From positions 417,935 through 481,934 of the forward strand of contig OY829943.1 of the NCBI GenBank assembly GCA_963692465.1: DNA of 64,000 nt, written 5' to 3'. Below are positions 46,447 to 57,733 of this stretch, piece after piece. Positions within the stretch are counted from its first letter, which is position 1. The number at the start of each line of letters is the position of its first letter. Both the position numbers and the translations under genes were made by a program. The notes under the pieces were generated by a model. It was not told the origin of the DNA and ran no database searches. It saw nothing but the letters and a program-made list of their open reading frames with translations. The DNA comes from Prolixibacteraceae bacterium. Its GTDB lineage: Bacteria; Bacteroidota; Bacteroidia; Bacteroidales; Prolixibacteraceae.

Positions 46447-49029
46447 TTAGAATTGTTGTCCAAGCGTAAATGCGAACTGTCCTTTATTTCCGGTTCCTCC
46501 TGAAAGATGAGTTTTATCAAATCCATATCCCCAGTCAACTCCCATCAATCCAAACATTGGCAGGTAAATACGAACACCGATACCGGCAGACCGTCTTATA
46601 TCAAACGGATTAAACTGAGTAATGTCATACCAGGAATTTCCCCCCTCTAAAAATGCCAGAGCATAAATAGTGGTCGATTCTTTCAATGCAATTGGATAAC
46701 GAAGCTCCATCGTTAATTTATCATATACATTTGCACTCGGACTCGCAGTCAGAGCATTACTTTCATACCCTCTTAATCCGATAACTTCATAAGTATAATA
46801 AGACATTCCCGACATACCGTCTCCACCAAGAGAGAACCCATCAATCGGAGAACGCTTGTTCTTGTTATAATAACCGATATAACCATATTCAAATTTCGTA
46901 TTCAGAATCAGCTTCTGATCGTTCGTTAAAGCTGTAAAGTTTGATCCTTTAAACTTCCATTTATGAAATTCGATCCAACGGAAACGAGACTGATCAGAAA
47001 GACTGGAACTAGAATAGTTCTTACCATCCCATAATGAGTACGGAGGCGTTAGTTCGACAGAAAGAGTATAAGATGACCCATTCCTTGGATAAATCGGATT
47101 AACAATAGATGAACGACTCAAGGCTGTTTTCAGACTAACGGTATTTGTGTTCCCATTGCTAATAACCGTATAACCATAATTCCAGTTTTTCAAATAATTA
47201 TACTGGTAACTCAATTCATGATAAAGCGAGAAGTAATCATCCGGCCAGTTTAGTCGGTAACCATAACCAACAGATATTCCACTTGTTACATTTTTCGCCT
47301 TAACTTTATAATCAGAATAGTCGGTGGAATAAGTACTACCATATCCATAATAGCTCCCATATCCATAAGATCCTGTCGAACTATAGGGATTCGTATAATA
47401 GCTACTTTCCCCAATTGTATAAATATTGTGGAACAAACTCACAGTAAACGAGTTGGGCTTCTTTCCACCAAACCATGGCTCGGTAAATGACAAACTATAA
47501 GTTTGGTAAACCTTTCCATTGGTCTGAACTTTTAGACTCAGGGTTTGTCCATCTCCTGTAGGCAAGGGTCGCCATGCATCTTTATTAAAAATATTTCGAA
47601 CCGAAAAGTTTGAAAATTTCAGTCCAACACTTCCGATTAACATTCCGCCACCCCAACCACCGGATAACTCAACCTGGTCATTAGCTTTCTCTTCAAGACC
47701 ATAGATTATATTAACCGTGTTGTTTTCGTAATTAGGCTGAACATCCGGTTTGATCTTTTCCGGATCAAAATGCCCGAGTTGCCCTAACTCCCGATATGAA
47801 CGCAAAAGATTATCCTTACTGAAAAGATCTCCGGGGAGAGTTCTGAGTTCTCTTCGGGCAACATGTTCATTGGTTTTCGTGTTTCCTTTTATTTCAACCC
47901 GATCAATTGTTGCCTGTTGACCTTCATAGATTCGCATTTCAAAGTTGATCGTATCCCTACTAATATTAACCTCAACCGGATCTATCTGGAAAAAGACATA
48001 ACCATGATCATTATATAAAGAACTTACATTAGTGCTCTGATCATCTTTCAACCTGTCATTTAATAGTTTCAGGTCATAAACATCTCCTTTTTTTATCCCG
48101 AGAACCCGATCAAGAACGACCTTATCATAAACGGTATTCCCTACCCACCGAATGTCACCAAAATAGTATTTATTCCCTTCACTAATCCAGAGATCCAAAT
48201 TGATTGTCTTGTCAGGGTTCTTACTAATAGAATCTTTGGTGACAATTGCATCCCGATACCCCAGGTCGTTATACTTGGCTATCAGATTGTCTTTGTCCTC
48301 CCTGTATTTGCTTTCGATAAATTTTTTGGAAAAGAAGAAGTTTTTGAATTTCTTTTCTTTCGTCTTTTTCATTGCTTTTTTCAGAGTAGTTTCTTTAACG
48401 TTTTTAACGCCGTGGAAAGTAATGTTAGCAATTTTAACCTTAGCCTTTTTGTCTACAGTTATATCAACAAAAACGTAGTTTTTTCTGTTCGGATCATCCC
48501 GTTGAACAACGGTAACTTCCGTATTAAAAAATCCCTTCTCTTTATAATAATCCAGAATAGCCTTTTGTGCATTATTCAATTGAGGTTTGGATATTTTCTG
48601 TCCCTCGATCATCACCACTTTACCAAAAATCGCTTCTCTCTCTGATTTGGTTACTCCTGTAATATTCATCTTTGACAAACTTGGAACTTCCTGAAGATAA
48701 AATTGAAGATAAACTTTCCCATCTACGATTTTTGCAACTACAACCTTCACATCAGAGAAAAGCTGAAGGTTCCAAAGGTTTTTTATCGCAGAAGTAACTG
48801 CATCACCGGGAATTTCCACTTCATCTCCTACCTGAAGACCTGTAGCCTGAAGCAGAGATGCATGATCAAAATACTTAATACCAACAATTTCCAAGCCCCC
48901 AATAACATATTTCTGTGGAGACGAATAGGATACCGAAACGTTTGTACTATCGGCTGCCACCTGGCTAAAACCTGAATAGCCAAAGATCAGGAGGAGGAAT
49001 AATAAAGTTAATTTCTTATGCATTCTCAT
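46447..49029 (-). CDS. bamA: Outer membrane protein assembly factor BamA
   Basis: The Met at 49029 (MRMHKKLTLLFLLLIFGYSGFSQ) is preferred and overlaps the uppS stop. It has five POTRA-like repeats plus an Omp85 barrel ending ...FAFTLGQQF. Confidence 0.9.
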   Translation of the reverse strand: MRMHKKLTLLFLLLIFGYSGFSQVAADSTNVSVSYSSPQKYVIGGLEIVGIKYFDHASLLQATGLQVGDEVEIPGDAVTSAIKNLWNLQLFSDVKVVVAKIVDGKVYLQFYLQEVPSLSKMNITGVTKSEREAIFGKVVMIEGQKISKPQLNNAQKAILDYYKEKGFFNTEVTVVQRDDPNRKNYVFVDITVDKKAKVKIANITFHGVKNVKETTLKKAMKKTKEKKFKNFFFSKKFIESKYREDKDNLIAKYNDLGYRDAIVTKDSISKNPDKTINLDLWISEGNKYYFGDIRWVGNTVYDKVVLDRVLGIKKGDVYDLKLLNDRLKDDQSTNVSSLYNDHGYVFFQIDPVEVNISRDTINFEMRIYEGQQATIDRVEIKGNTKTNEHVARRELRTLPGDLFSKDNLLRSYRELGQLGHFDPEKIKPDVQPNYENNTVNIIYGLEEKANDQVELSGGWGGGMLIGSVGLKFSNFSVRNIFNKDAWRPLPTGDGQTLSLKVQTNGKVYQTYSLSFTEPWFGGKKPNSFTVSLFHNIYTIGESSYYTNPYSSTGSYGYGSYYGYGSTYSTDYSDYKVKAKNVTSGISVGYGYRLNWPDDYFSLYHELSYQYNYLKNWNYGYTVISNGNTNTVSLKTALSRSSIVNPIYPRNGSSYTLSVELTPPYSLWDGKNYSSSSLSDQSRFRWIEFHKWKFKGSNFTALTNDQKLILNTKFEYGYIGYYNKNKRSPIDGFSLGGDGMSGMSYYTYEVIGLRGYESNALTASPSANVYDKLTMELRYPIALKESTTIYALAFLEGGNSWYDITQFNPFDIRRSAGIGVRIYLPMFGLMGVDWGYGFDKTHLSGGTGNKGQFAFTLGQQF

Positions 49030-49768
49030 TCTGGATTTGTTCACTTGTTTTACCAAATCGTCTTTCTCTTTGCTGAAAATCATATAAAGCTTCAAAAAGA
49101 TCTTCTTTGCGAAAATCAGGCCACAAGATAGGAGAAAAATATAATTCAGCATAAGCAATTTGCCAAAGAAGAAAATTACTTATACGTAATTCACCACTAG
49201 TGCGAATCAGTAACTCCGGATCCGGGATACCTGATGTATTTAAATAACGGCTAAAATCATCCTCTGTCAACGTCTCCAATGAGGTTTCCCCATTTTTAAC
49301 TGCTTTCCCTATTTCCTTTACCGCATGGAGTATCTCCCATCTGGAACTGTAACTCAACGCCAGAACGAGATTTAATCCTGTATTTTTATTAAGTTTTTCT
49401 TTGCTTTCATCTAAATTCTTCCGAACCTCAATTGGAAGGCTATCCAAATCTCCAATAGAAAGCAACTTGACATTATTCTTATTCAGATTCTCTGTTTCAT
49501 TAGAAATAGCATATACCAATAAAGCCATCAGTGCCTGGACTTCCGCTGTCGGACGATTCCAGTTTTCTGTTGAGAAAGTATAAAGTGTAATGTATTCTAT
49601 ACCCACTTCACTAGCCCCTTCCACTACCGCACGAACAGCATCCAGTCCGTGCTCATGTCCTACGGCATGATCGTCTCCTCTCATGCGAGCCCAACGACCG
49701 TTCCCATCCATTATAATGGCAACATGCCGAGGTATATGGTCCAATTTTAATTTCTCTTTAAAAGACAT
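49016..49768 (-). CDS. uppS: Undecaprenyl-diphosphate synthase (isoprenyl transferase)
   Basis: PRHVAIIMDGNGRWA, TLYTFSTENWNRP, RTSGELRISNFLLWQ. Confidence 0.95.
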   Translation of the reverse strand: MSFKEKLKLDHIPRHVAIIMDGNGRWARMRGDDHAVGHEHGLDAVRAVVEGASEVGIEYITLYTFSTENWNRPTAEVQALMALLVYAISNETENLNKNNVKLLSIGDLDSLPIEVRKNLDESKEKLNKNTGLNLVLALSYSSRWEILHAVKEIGKAVKNGETSLETLTEDDFSRYLNTSGIPDPELLIRTSGELRISNFLLWQIAYAELYFSPILWPDFRKEDLFEALYDFQQRERRFGKTSEQIQNENA

Positions 49769-49777
49769 AGCACAAAA

Positions 49778-50482
49778 CTAATTTAAACCTTCTAATGAAG
49801 GACATGGCTTTTTGCCCGTATAAAACAAATAACTAATATGGATACCTAGCCAAGATATCCAATCATTATTATGAACATTACTTGTTGCCTCAAGATTAAG
49901 AGGATCTTTGTACATTTTATTTCCTTGTTGATGATCAATCTCATCACTAAAAGTTTTCTGAACATTAATTTCCGCACCGATACCCCATTTAGGAGATAAA
50001 CTATAATTAAACCCAAAAGATAATGGAATAAATGCGGTTATATTATTTCCATTGGAACTTCTCCATACACCATTCACAACTCCGTTTTCTTTGTCGTTAT
50101 CAAAATAGAGCGTCCCCACTCCCAGTGCAAGATAAGGACTAAATTTGTAATTATCATTTCCGAGGATATAATCCAAATAATTGACCTGAAGTTGAACAGA
50201 AAACTCAGCTATTCTTTTTGAGAATGTCGTCTGTTGTTCATTGAAAGTTCCGTCGCTCTTTAACTGCCCATAATACAGTCCTGTTTTTATTGCAAAACGA
50301 GTATTCAAGTTCCGTAAATAAAACAACCCCATCAACGGGGCAACAGACTGTTTCATCTTTTGATTCGTTATATCTCCATAGTAGTGGGACACAGCACCTA
50401 CAAGTCCAACTTCGGCAGACTCTTGCGCATCAACTGTGCCAATTACTAGTAATAATACTGAAAACATAACTAATCGTTTCAT
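49778..50482 (-). CDS. Outer-membrane beta-barrel protein (DUF6089-like)
   Basis: The Met at 50482 gives a signal peptide. It has an alternating beta-strand pattern. Its position upstream of uppS-bamA is conserved in Bacteroidota (recalled synteny). Confidence 0.55.
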   Translation of the reverse strand: MKRLVMFSVLLLVIGTVDAQESAEVGLVGAVSHYYGDITNQKMKQSVAPLMGLFYLRNLNTRFAIKTGLYYGQLKSDGTFNEQQTTFSKRIAEFSVQLQVNYLDYILGNDNYKFSPYLALGVGTLYFDNDKENGVVNGVWRSSNGNNITAFIPLSFGFNYSLSPKWGIGAEINVQKTFSDEIDHQQGNKMYKDPLNLEATSNVHNNDWISWLGIHISYLFYTGKKPCPSLEGLN

Positions 50483-50648
50483 TGATATTCTTGTTGTTCG
50501 GAGTTTTTTCAAAACAATTCTATTGTTTCTTACAATATCTACTCCGTTGGAAAGTTACAAATGTAATATAATTATAAAAACATGCTGCTTTATAGTCTGC
50601 GAAAGGATTTTAGTGGATGTTAAAAATTTGTAAGGAAAAGTTAAAGTC

Positions 50649-51530
50649 CTAATTCCTCTTATCAACTCCCCACATTAATTTACCTCTCAGGGTCGAATAG
50701 AAATCATGTTCCCTAAGTTTTATGATCCGAAGTTTAAACCCTGCTTTTCTTATTTTTATTCGCGTTTGAACATCTGTAATCATTGAACGTGAATCAAGAG
50801 AAGTTAGGAAATGCTCACTTCTTCCCTCTATTTCAAACGACAATTCATTCCCATCCGGGATTACAATTGGACGAACGGTCAGATTATGTGAAGCAATTGG
50901 AGATAAGACAAATACAGACGCATCAGGAGAAACAATCGGACCATTAACACTTAATGAATATGCGGTTGATCCGGTAGGCGTTGAAATAATCAACCCATCA
51001 GCCCAGTACGTATTCAAATATTCATCATTGATATAAGCGTGAATGGTTATCATTGATGAACTATCAATCTTATGAAAGGTAATCTCATTCAATGCATAAT
51101 TATATTCCCGAAATAAGTTACTGGGTTTCACTAACTCAAGAAGACTCCTTTCCTCCAGACGATAATGTCCATCAAGAATTTGGTCTATTGCATAACCAAT
51201 TTCTGCCTGCGAAATATCGGCTAAAAATCCCAGCCTCCCGATATTTATTCCTACAATTGGTATTCTTGACTCACCGACTAGCGAAGCAGCCTCCAAAAAC
51301 GTACCATCTCCCCCAATACTAACCAACAAATCAGTTGTATTTTTCAATTCTTCAGAAGTACTGAAAAATGCATCTATTGCCGGATTTATATCGTATTTCG
51401 TTTTTAAATACTCTGCAAACGGACGATACAACACTATTGCATTCTGTCGACATTTAAGTGCTGTGAATATATTGTTCAAACTTGCAATAAATTCAGAATG
51501 AATATTTTTCCCAAAAATTCCAATTCTCAT
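50649..51530 (-). CDS. nadK: NAD kinase
   Basis: SIGGDGTFL, GINIGRLGFL, DGLIISTPTGSTAYSLS. Confidence 0.9.
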   Translation of the reverse strand: MRIGIFGKNIHSEFIASLNNIFTALKCRQNAIVLYRPFAEYLKTKYDINPAIDAFFSTSEELKNTTDLLVSIGGDGTFLEAASLVGESRIPIVGINIGRLGFLADISQAEIGYAIDQILDGHYRLEERSLLELVKPSNLFREYNYALNEITFHKIDSSSMITIHAYINDEYLNTYWADGLIISTPTGSTAYSLSVNGPIVSPDASVFVLSPIASHNLTVRPIVIPDGNELSFEIEGRSEHFLTSLDSRSMITDVQTRIKIRKAGFKLRIIKLREHDFYSTLRGKLMWGVDKRN

Positions 51531-51537
51531 CGCTTCA

Positions 51538-52203
51538 CTATATATTCAAATATTTCATAAACTCCTCAAAACGATCATCATAAAGGTTCTTCATCATTGA
51601 ATTGTCATTATAAAAAGCCTTTATATTATAATCATAACGAACAAAGGTCTGTATTATTGCCGAAAGATCTGAGATATTTATCCTCAAAGTAATATCAAGC
51701 TCTTGTGAATCAGGGACAGAAACCACATATAAATTCAAAATCTTTGCGCCATTTCCTTCCACGATCTGTGATATCTGAGATAAAGAATAATCGAAATGCC
51801 CAACCTCAAGGACTAAAGTACTACTAACCCCCTGTCCGGAACAAAAATCGCATATTTTAAAAGCCAGTCGGTTTAAGGAAACCATCCCTTTGTATTTTTT
51901 ATTTGAATCAAGAATTGGGACTACCGTTATTTTAAAGCGAGAAACAATAGTTGCTATATCAAAAAAATGCTGTGTCGTCACAACATACGGACTGATCAAC
52001 GACATCTTTTTGCTCTTAATCGGCACATTCACAAGATCATTATCATAAATATCCTGATCGGATATTAGCGCAATATACTCCCCGTCATCAACAATAGGCA
52101 AATGGGATACTTTAAAAGTTTCCATCCAATTAAGTGCTTTTTGTCCAATGTCATCAAGCGATAAAGATGGAAGTATATCTGAAATAAGTTGTTCTGCTAT
52201 CAC
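51538..52203 (-). CDS. CBS domain-containing protein
   Basis: ORF 51538..52272. The long form would abut the divergent pdxJ start, so GTG 52203 (VIAEQLISD) is preferred. It has two CBS repeats (HLPIVDDGEYIALISDQDI; VVPILDSNKKYKGMVS). Confidence 0.7.
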   Translation of the reverse strand: MIAEQLISDILPSLSLDDIGQKALNWMETFKVSHLPIVDDGEYIALISDQDIYDNDLVNVPIKSKKMSLISPYVVTTQHFFDIATIVSRFKITVVPILDSNKKYKGMVSLNRLAFKICDFCSGQGVSSTLVLEVGHFDYSLSQISQIVEGNGAKILNLYVVSVPDSQELDITLRINISDLSAIIQTFVRYDYNIKAFYNDNSMMKNLYDDRFEEFMKYLNI

Positions 52204-52271
52204 TTTTTTGGGTTTTTTATTAAAAACAACTATAAATATTGTATTTTGCAGAATATTAAAAAAAATTAGCA

Positions 52272-52988
52272 ATGACTAGATTAAGTGTAAATATAAACAA
52301 AATTGCCACACTTAGAAATGCAAGAGGAGGAAATGTTCCTAATGTTTTCCAATGCGCTATCGACTGCCAGTCTTTTGGTGCTGAAGGGATTACTGTTCAT
52401 CCTCGTTCCGATGAAAGACATATTCGTTACCAGGATGTTTATGATATCAGACCGATTATTACCACTGAACTTAATATGGAGGGATATCCCGATCATCGAT
52501 TCATTGATTTAGTAAAAGAAGTAAAACCAAATCAAGTTACTCTTGTCCCCGATCTTCCCAATGCCATAACATCCAGTGCAGGTTGGGATACCTTATCCCA
52601 TCAGGACTTTTTACGGGAAATTGTCAGAGAACTAAAAGATGAAGGAATACGGGTTTCTATTTTCGTCGACACAAATCTTAAAAATATTGACGGAGCACTA
52701 AAGGTTGGCGCTGACCGCGTTGAACTATACACGGGCCCTTTTGCGTTTAACTTCCCGACAGATGCAAAAAAAGCAATTGCCCCTTTTACAAAAGCAGCCA
52801 ACTATGCTCACAAATTGGGACTTGGATTAAATGCAGGCCACGATCTTAACTTAGATAATTTGAAATTCTTCAACGAACAAATTCCATTCCTTGATGAAGT
52901 CTCTATCGGGCATGCTTTAATTTCCGATGCTCTTTATTTGGGACTCGAAAAAACAATCAAAGCTTACCAGAGCTGTCTGTTAAAATAA
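52272..52988 (+). CDS. pdxJ: Pyridoxine 5'-phosphate synthase
   Basis: [45 protein letters not shown]. Confidence 0.95.
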   Translation: MTRLSVNINKIATLRNARGGNVPNVFQCAIDCQSFGAEGITVHPRSDERHIRYQDVYDIRPIITTELNMEGYPDHRFIDLVKEVKPNQVTLVPDLPNAITSSAGWDTLSHQDFLREIVRELKDEGIRVSIFVDTNLKNIDGALKVGADRVELYTGPFAFNFPTDAKKAIAPFTKAANYAHKLGLGLNAGHDLNLDNLKFFNEQIPFLDEVSIGHALISDALYLGLEKTIKAYQSCLLK

Positions 52989-52994
52989 ATTCCC

Positions 52995-53807
52995 ATGAAT
53001 TTGTTTTTTCGCAAACTCGGGAGTGGATCCCAGAAAATAGTAATTCTCCATGGGCTTTACGGCTCATCGGATAACTGGATGACCATCGGTAGAAAATTAT
53101 CAGATACCAAAGAGGTATTTCTAATTGATCTTCGTAATCATGGTCATTCATTTCACGATCCGGTACATTCTTACAAAGCAATGGCCGAAGACGTGATTAA
53201 TCTCCTTCATAAAGAAATCACAGGACCAATTTGCCTCATGGGACATAGCATGGGAGGAAAAACAGCAATGCTCATTGCTGCATTATGCCCTGAAAAAATA
53301 GAAAAACTCATCATTGCAGATATCGCACCCAAAGACTACCGACTCATGTCTGAAGACCAAAGCCAGTTCTCTTTTCACAAAAATCTGCTAAGCCAAATGA
53401 ACCTAATTGATTTTAAAGATTGTAAATCACTCAAAGACGTAGGAGAAAAAATATCCCGATTTGCACCTGACCCTGCACTATGCCATTTTCTCATGAAAGA
53501 TGTTGCAAAAACAGCACTAGGCTACCAATGGAAAATAAATATTCCTGTTCTGTTTCAATCTATTGATGAAATAATCGGAGGCCCGAAATACAAAGTTCTC
53601 CAAAATAGCAACGGACAGAAATTTACTTTCCCCGTACTGCTCCTTCGTGGCGAGAATTCTCCCTATGTCAATACTTCTGATCTTCCTCTCTTTACAAATC
53701 TGTACAATGATTTTAGTATTAAAACAATTCCCAATGCAGGGCACTGGCTTCATGCAGAACAACCGAATATCTTTTTAGAAAACGTCTCTTATTTTCTTAA
53801 TAAATAA
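52995..53807 (+). CDS. Alpha/beta-fold hydrolase (YbfF-like esterase)
   Basis: Oxyanion HGLYGS, nucleophile elbow GHSMGG, C-terminal NAGHWLHAEQP. Confidence 0.8.
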   Translation: MNLFFRKLGSGSQKIVILHGLYGSSDNWMTIGRKLSDTKEVFLIDLRNHGHSFHDPVHSYKAMAEDVINLLHKEITGPICLMGHSMGGKTAMLIAALCPEKIEKLIIADIAPKDYRLMSEDQSQFSFHKNLLSQMNLIDFKDCKSLKDVGEKISRFAPDPALCHFLMKDVAKTALGYQWKINIPVLFQSIDEIIGGPKYKVLQNSNGQKFTFPVLLLRGENSPYVNTSDLPLFTNLYNDFSIKTIPNAGHWLHAEQPNIFLENVSYFLNK

Positions 53808-53816
53808 ACTTTCTGC

Positions 53817-55319
53817 CTAACACTTATCCTTCTTCAACCGATTATATTTCTTCGTTACCTCTAGAAGAAAACGAATAGACTCTTCTTTGAGCTCTTCTTT
53901 TTTAAACCGCCATTCCCAATTATTTCCAAGAGTTCCCGGAGTATTCATGCGAGCTTTTTCATCCAACCCCAAAATATCCTGCAATGGTGCAATTGCCACA
54001 GATGCCACAGATGCCCAAACTGTTCGGATCATTCGATGTGAAATTAAAGCATCAGTTCCTGTCAGATATGAAATAACAAGATTCTGTTCTTCCTGACTAA
54101 GTCCGCTAAACCATCCTTCTGTTGTATTATTATCATGAGTTCCGGTATAAGCCACAAATTCATGTTCGTAATTCTGTGGCAAATATTCATTCCCCGAGTC
54201 CGAAGAAAAGGCAAACTGTAAAACTTTCATCCCCGGCAAATGAAATTCATTTCTCAATGCTTCTACTGTAGGAGTTATAAGTCCCAAATCTTCAGCTAAA
54301 ATTGACATATCCTTCACCTGCGACTTAAAGAGCGATAACATCTCTTTTCCTTTAGCCTTTAACCATGTTCCCCCCACTGCATCTTTTGATCCGGCAGGAA
54401 TAGCCCAAAAAGACTCTAAGCCTCTGAAATGATCAATACGAATGCGATCAAACAACTTCAGATTAAAATGCAAACGTGCAATCCACCAGTCATAATCTCT
54501 TAATGCCAAGCTCTCCCAATCATAAACAGGATTTCCCCATAACTGTCCTGTAGTACTAAAATAATCAGGAGGGACTCCTCCAACCTTCGTGGGCTTATGA
54601 TCTTTATCTAAATAGAAGATGTTCTGGTTTCCCCAGACATCAGAACTCTCATATGAAACATACAAAGGTAAATCTCCTATAATCCTGATTCCTTTCTTAT
54701 TCGCATATTTTCTTAATTGGAGCCACTGTTTGAAAAACAAAAACTGAATAAATCGATTCCGTTCATAATCTTCATTATACCTCCTCCGATAAGCACTCAT
54801 CGTATCAGCATTCCGGTTTGCCAACCCTGGCTCCCATGTATTCCAGGAGGTTTCACCCAAATGTTTCCGGCAAGCCATAAATAAAGCATAATCGTCAAGC
54901 CACCAATTGTTTTCCATAAGGAAATGCCGATATTCAGCAATATCTTCCGAATTTCCTTTCCTTGCAAATCCATCAAATGCCTTAAAAAGAAGAGGAAGCT
55001 GAATCTCAGCCGACTTTCGATAATCCACCTTCTCTTCTGAAAACCGATTCTTCGGAAGATCTTCCTTGGTCAGCCATCCTTGGGCAATCAAATCCATTAA
55101 ATCAATTAACAAAGGATTCCCTGCAAACGCAGAATAACACTGATAAGGTGAATTTCCGTAAGCTACCGGACCAAGAGGAAGAATCTGCCACCACGATTGT
55201 CCTGTAGTCGACAAAAAGTCAATAAACCATCGGGCCCCAGAGCCTAATGTTCCAATAGGAAACGGACCCGGTAAAGAAGATGGATGTAATAAAATTCCTG
55301 AAGAGCGTTTGCCAATCAT
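53817..55319 (-). CDS. malQ: 4-alpha-glucanotransferase (GH77, amylomaltase)
   Basis: RSSGILLHPSSLPG, RIDHFRG, AEDLG, YTGTHDN. Confidence 0.9.
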   Translation of the reverse strand: MIGKRSSGILLHPSSLPGPFPIGTLGSGARWFIDFLSTTGQSWWQILPLGPVAYGNSPYQCYSAFAGNPLLIDLMDLIAQGWLTKEDLPKNRFSEEKVDYRKSAEIQLPLLFKAFDGFARKGNSEDIAEYRHFLMENNWWLDDYALFMACRKHLGETSWNTWEPGLANRNADTMSAYRRRYNEDYERNRFIQFLFFKQWLQLRKYANKKGIRIIGDLPLYVSYESSDVWGNQNIFYLDKDHKPTKVGGVPPDYFSTTGQLWGNPVYDWESLALRDYDWWIARLHFNLKLFDRIRIDHFRGLESFWAIPAGSKDAVGGTWLKAKGKEMLSLFKSQVKDMSILAEDLGLITPTVEALRNEFHLPGMKVLQFAFSSDSGNEYLPQNYEHEFVAYTGTHDNNTTEGWFSGLSQEEQNLVISYLTGTDALISHRMIRTVWASVASVAIAPLQDILGLDEKARMNTPGTLGNNWEWRFKKEELKEESIRFLLEVTKKYNRLKKDKC

Positions 55320-55468
55320 ATTAAATGCTTGTCATAGAAGGATGCAAATTTATAAAAAATAGGACAATACAATCTTAAGAAATATCAATACCCGTCATCG
55401 AATATCAAACACCGTCTACGTTATTGCATTCATGTTCAAATAACCCAGGAAGCACCGACACCCGACTC

Positions 55469-55521
55469 AAAAAAATAAAAAAATCCAGAAATTAGAGATT
55501 TCACACCTCTAATTTCTGGAT
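55469..55521 (-). terminator. Rho-independent terminator after the S9 peptidase gene
   Basis: Perfect 15-bp stem ATCCAGAAATTAGAG / CTCTAATTTCTGGAT, followed on the minus strand by a T-run. Confidence 0.8.
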
Positions 55522-55563
55522 TCTAATAGTATTTACCAACCAAGCGATTGGTTACGCATAAAT

Positions 55564-57660
55564 TTATTTCTTATCAACTTTTAGCCATTTATCAAGCCAC
55601 CCAAAGAATACCCTTTGCCATAAAATTCCGTTCTGGGCTCCTAATACCCAATGATTCTCTTCTGGAAGGAAAAGGAATTCTGCCGGAATGCCTTTAAGCA
55701 ATGCAGAATTATAAGCTCCCATCCCTTGCGTATAAGGAATACGGAAATCCTGTCCTCCATGAATAACTAAAATCGGGGTATCCCAATTCTGTACAAATTT
55801 ATGGGGAGAGAAAGAGTAGGAACGTTGTGCTGCAAGATTCTTCCGATCCCAATAAGCTCCTCCTGTATCCCAATTTTCAAACCACATCTCATCGGTTGTA
55901 GAATACAAAGCTTCTATATTGAAAATTCCATCATGAGCAATAAAAGCTTTAAATCGTTTCTGATGATGTCCTGCAAGATAATAAACAGAAAATCCGCCAT
56001 AACTTGCACCGACACATCCCAGATGATCTTTATCTACATAAGGCTCTTTCGAAACAGCATCAATAGCCGACAAATAATCATTCATATTCTGTCCCCCATA
56101 ATCCTTACTGATCTGTTCCAGCCATTTCATCCCAAAACCCGGTACCCCCCGACGATTAGGTGCCACAATAATATAATTGTTGGCAGCCATCATCTGAAAA
56201 TTCCACCGAAAACTCCAAAACTGGCTAACAGTCGATTGAGGACCTCCTTCACAATAAAGTAATGTGGGATATTTTTTTGACGCATCAAAATGCGGAGGGA
56301 GAATAACCCACACCAACATCTCTTTATTATCAGTGGTTTTGACCCAGCGTTTTTCTACTTTACCAAAAGTAAGCTGCGACAACAAATTATCATTCACCGT
56401 TGTAATCGGCTCATCTTTACCGGTCATCGGATCAACCCGGTAGATTTCGGCAGGTTGAGACATCGAGACCTTTTCTGCAACCAGGTACTTCCCGGCAACA
56501 GCTACATTGTGATAATCATGAATTCCATTCGTCACCGGAGAAATCTTTCCACTTGCAATCTCCATTTTATAAATTTCTTCGGTAGCATGCCAGTCCGAAA
56601 TAAAATAGATCGTCTTACTATCCGGACTCCAACTCATTAACGTCGCATTCTGATCAAAGTTTTCAGAGTAATTTTTACGCTGTCCGGTTGTCAAATCCTT
56701 AATCATAATCCGGGTCTTGTCCGACTCATATCCATCACGTTCCATACTCTCCCATGCTAAATATTTTCCATCAGGAGAATAAACCGGATTCCAGTCATAT
56801 CCCATACACCCTTTGCTGACATTCTCCGTTTTCCCGGTAGCCAGGTCATAAACATAAATCTCTGAGTTTGTTGAAAGAGTATAAGCCTTTCCTGTTAATT
56901 TTTTACAAGAATAGGCAATTTGCCTGCCATCCTGACTCCAGTTGATTTGTTCCATTCCTCCGGAAGGTTTGATTGGCGAATCAAAACGTTCACCTTTCAT
57001 CAGGTCTTCAACGCCACTCAATGTTCCATCTGCATAATCGGCAACAAAAACGTGACTGTAAGTATAGTCATGCCATGCATCCCAATGCCGGTACATCAAA
57101 CCGGTCTCCAACCGGGCGTTTGCCTTAGGCAAATCAGGAAAAAGATCCTGTACACTTTGATCTAATTTAACATTCCCTGTAAAAAGAATTTTATTGCCAT
57201 CCGGTGAATATTTAAATCCGGTAATTCCACCTTTAACAAAAGTAACCTGCCGGGGATTACTCCCATCCGGATTAATCTCCCAAAGTTGCTCCTCTCCGCT
57301 TTTGCCCGAGATATATCCGATTTTCTGACCATCCGGGCGCCAAAGAGCACCATATTCCTTTTCCGGGGTGTTGGTTATCTGCCGGGCAGTTCCTCCTGCT
57401 ACCGGAACAACATAAAGGTCTCGATATGATTTATTTTCCGGAATATTAAAGTAAGTTACACCATACAATAATTGCTGACCATCCGGAGAAACAACCGGTT
57501 CACTGACCCGACCAAAACTCCATAATACTTCCGGAGTCATAATATCCGACTTTAATTTTTGCACAGAGGGAATGTAGTCCTTCGCCTCCTGCCCTTCACT
57601 CTGAATTGCAGAAGCCGAAAGTAATCCACACAAACCTAAGCCTAAGATTGCCATTTTCAT
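55564..57660 (-). CDS. S9-family serine peptidase (beta-propeller + prolyl-oligopeptidase/acylaminoacyl-peptidase domain)
   Basis: Signal peptide, TolB-like repeats (SPDG...), nucleophile GASYGG, C-terminal HGGQDFRIP...ENHW. Confidence 0.85.
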   Translation of the reverse strand: MKMAILGLGLCGLLSASAIQSEGQEAKDYIPSVQKLKSDIMTPEVLWSFGRVSEPVVSPDGQQLLYGVTYFNIPENKSYRDLYVVPVAGGTARQITNTPEKEYGALWRPDGQKIGYISGKSGEEQLWEINPDGSNPRQVTFVKGGITGFKYSPDGNKILFTGNVKLDQSVQDLFPDLPKANARLETGLMYRHWDAWHDYTYSHVFVADYADGTLSGVEDLMKGERFDSPIKPSGGMEQINWSQDGRQIAYSCKKLTGKAYTLSTNSEIYVYDLATGKTENVSKGCMGYDWNPVYSPDGKYLAWESMERDGYESDKTRIMIKDLTTGQRKNYSENFDQNATLMSWSPDSKTIYFISDWHATEEIYKMEIASGKISPVTNGIHDYHNVAVAGKYLVAEKVSMSQPAEIYRVDPMTGKDEPITTVNDNLLSQLTFGKVEKRWVKTTDNKEMLVWVILPPHFDASKKYPTLLYCEGGPQSTVSQFWSFRWNFQMMAANNYIIVAPNRRGVPGFGMKWLEQISKDYGGQNMNDYLSAIDAVSKEPYVDKDHLGCVGASYGGFSVYYLAGHHQKRFKAFIAHDGIFNIEALYSTTDEMWFENWDTGGAYWDRKNLAAQRSYSFSPHKFVQNWDTPILVIHGGQDFRIPYTQGMGAYNSALLKGIPAEFLFLPEENHWVLGAQNGILWQRVFFGWLDKWLKVDKK

Positions 57661-57733
57661 ATTCTTGTGAAATTATAATCCAAAAGCAAAATTAGCCCTA
57701 ATTTTACTTTTTCCTGCTTTTTTCTAAAATTAA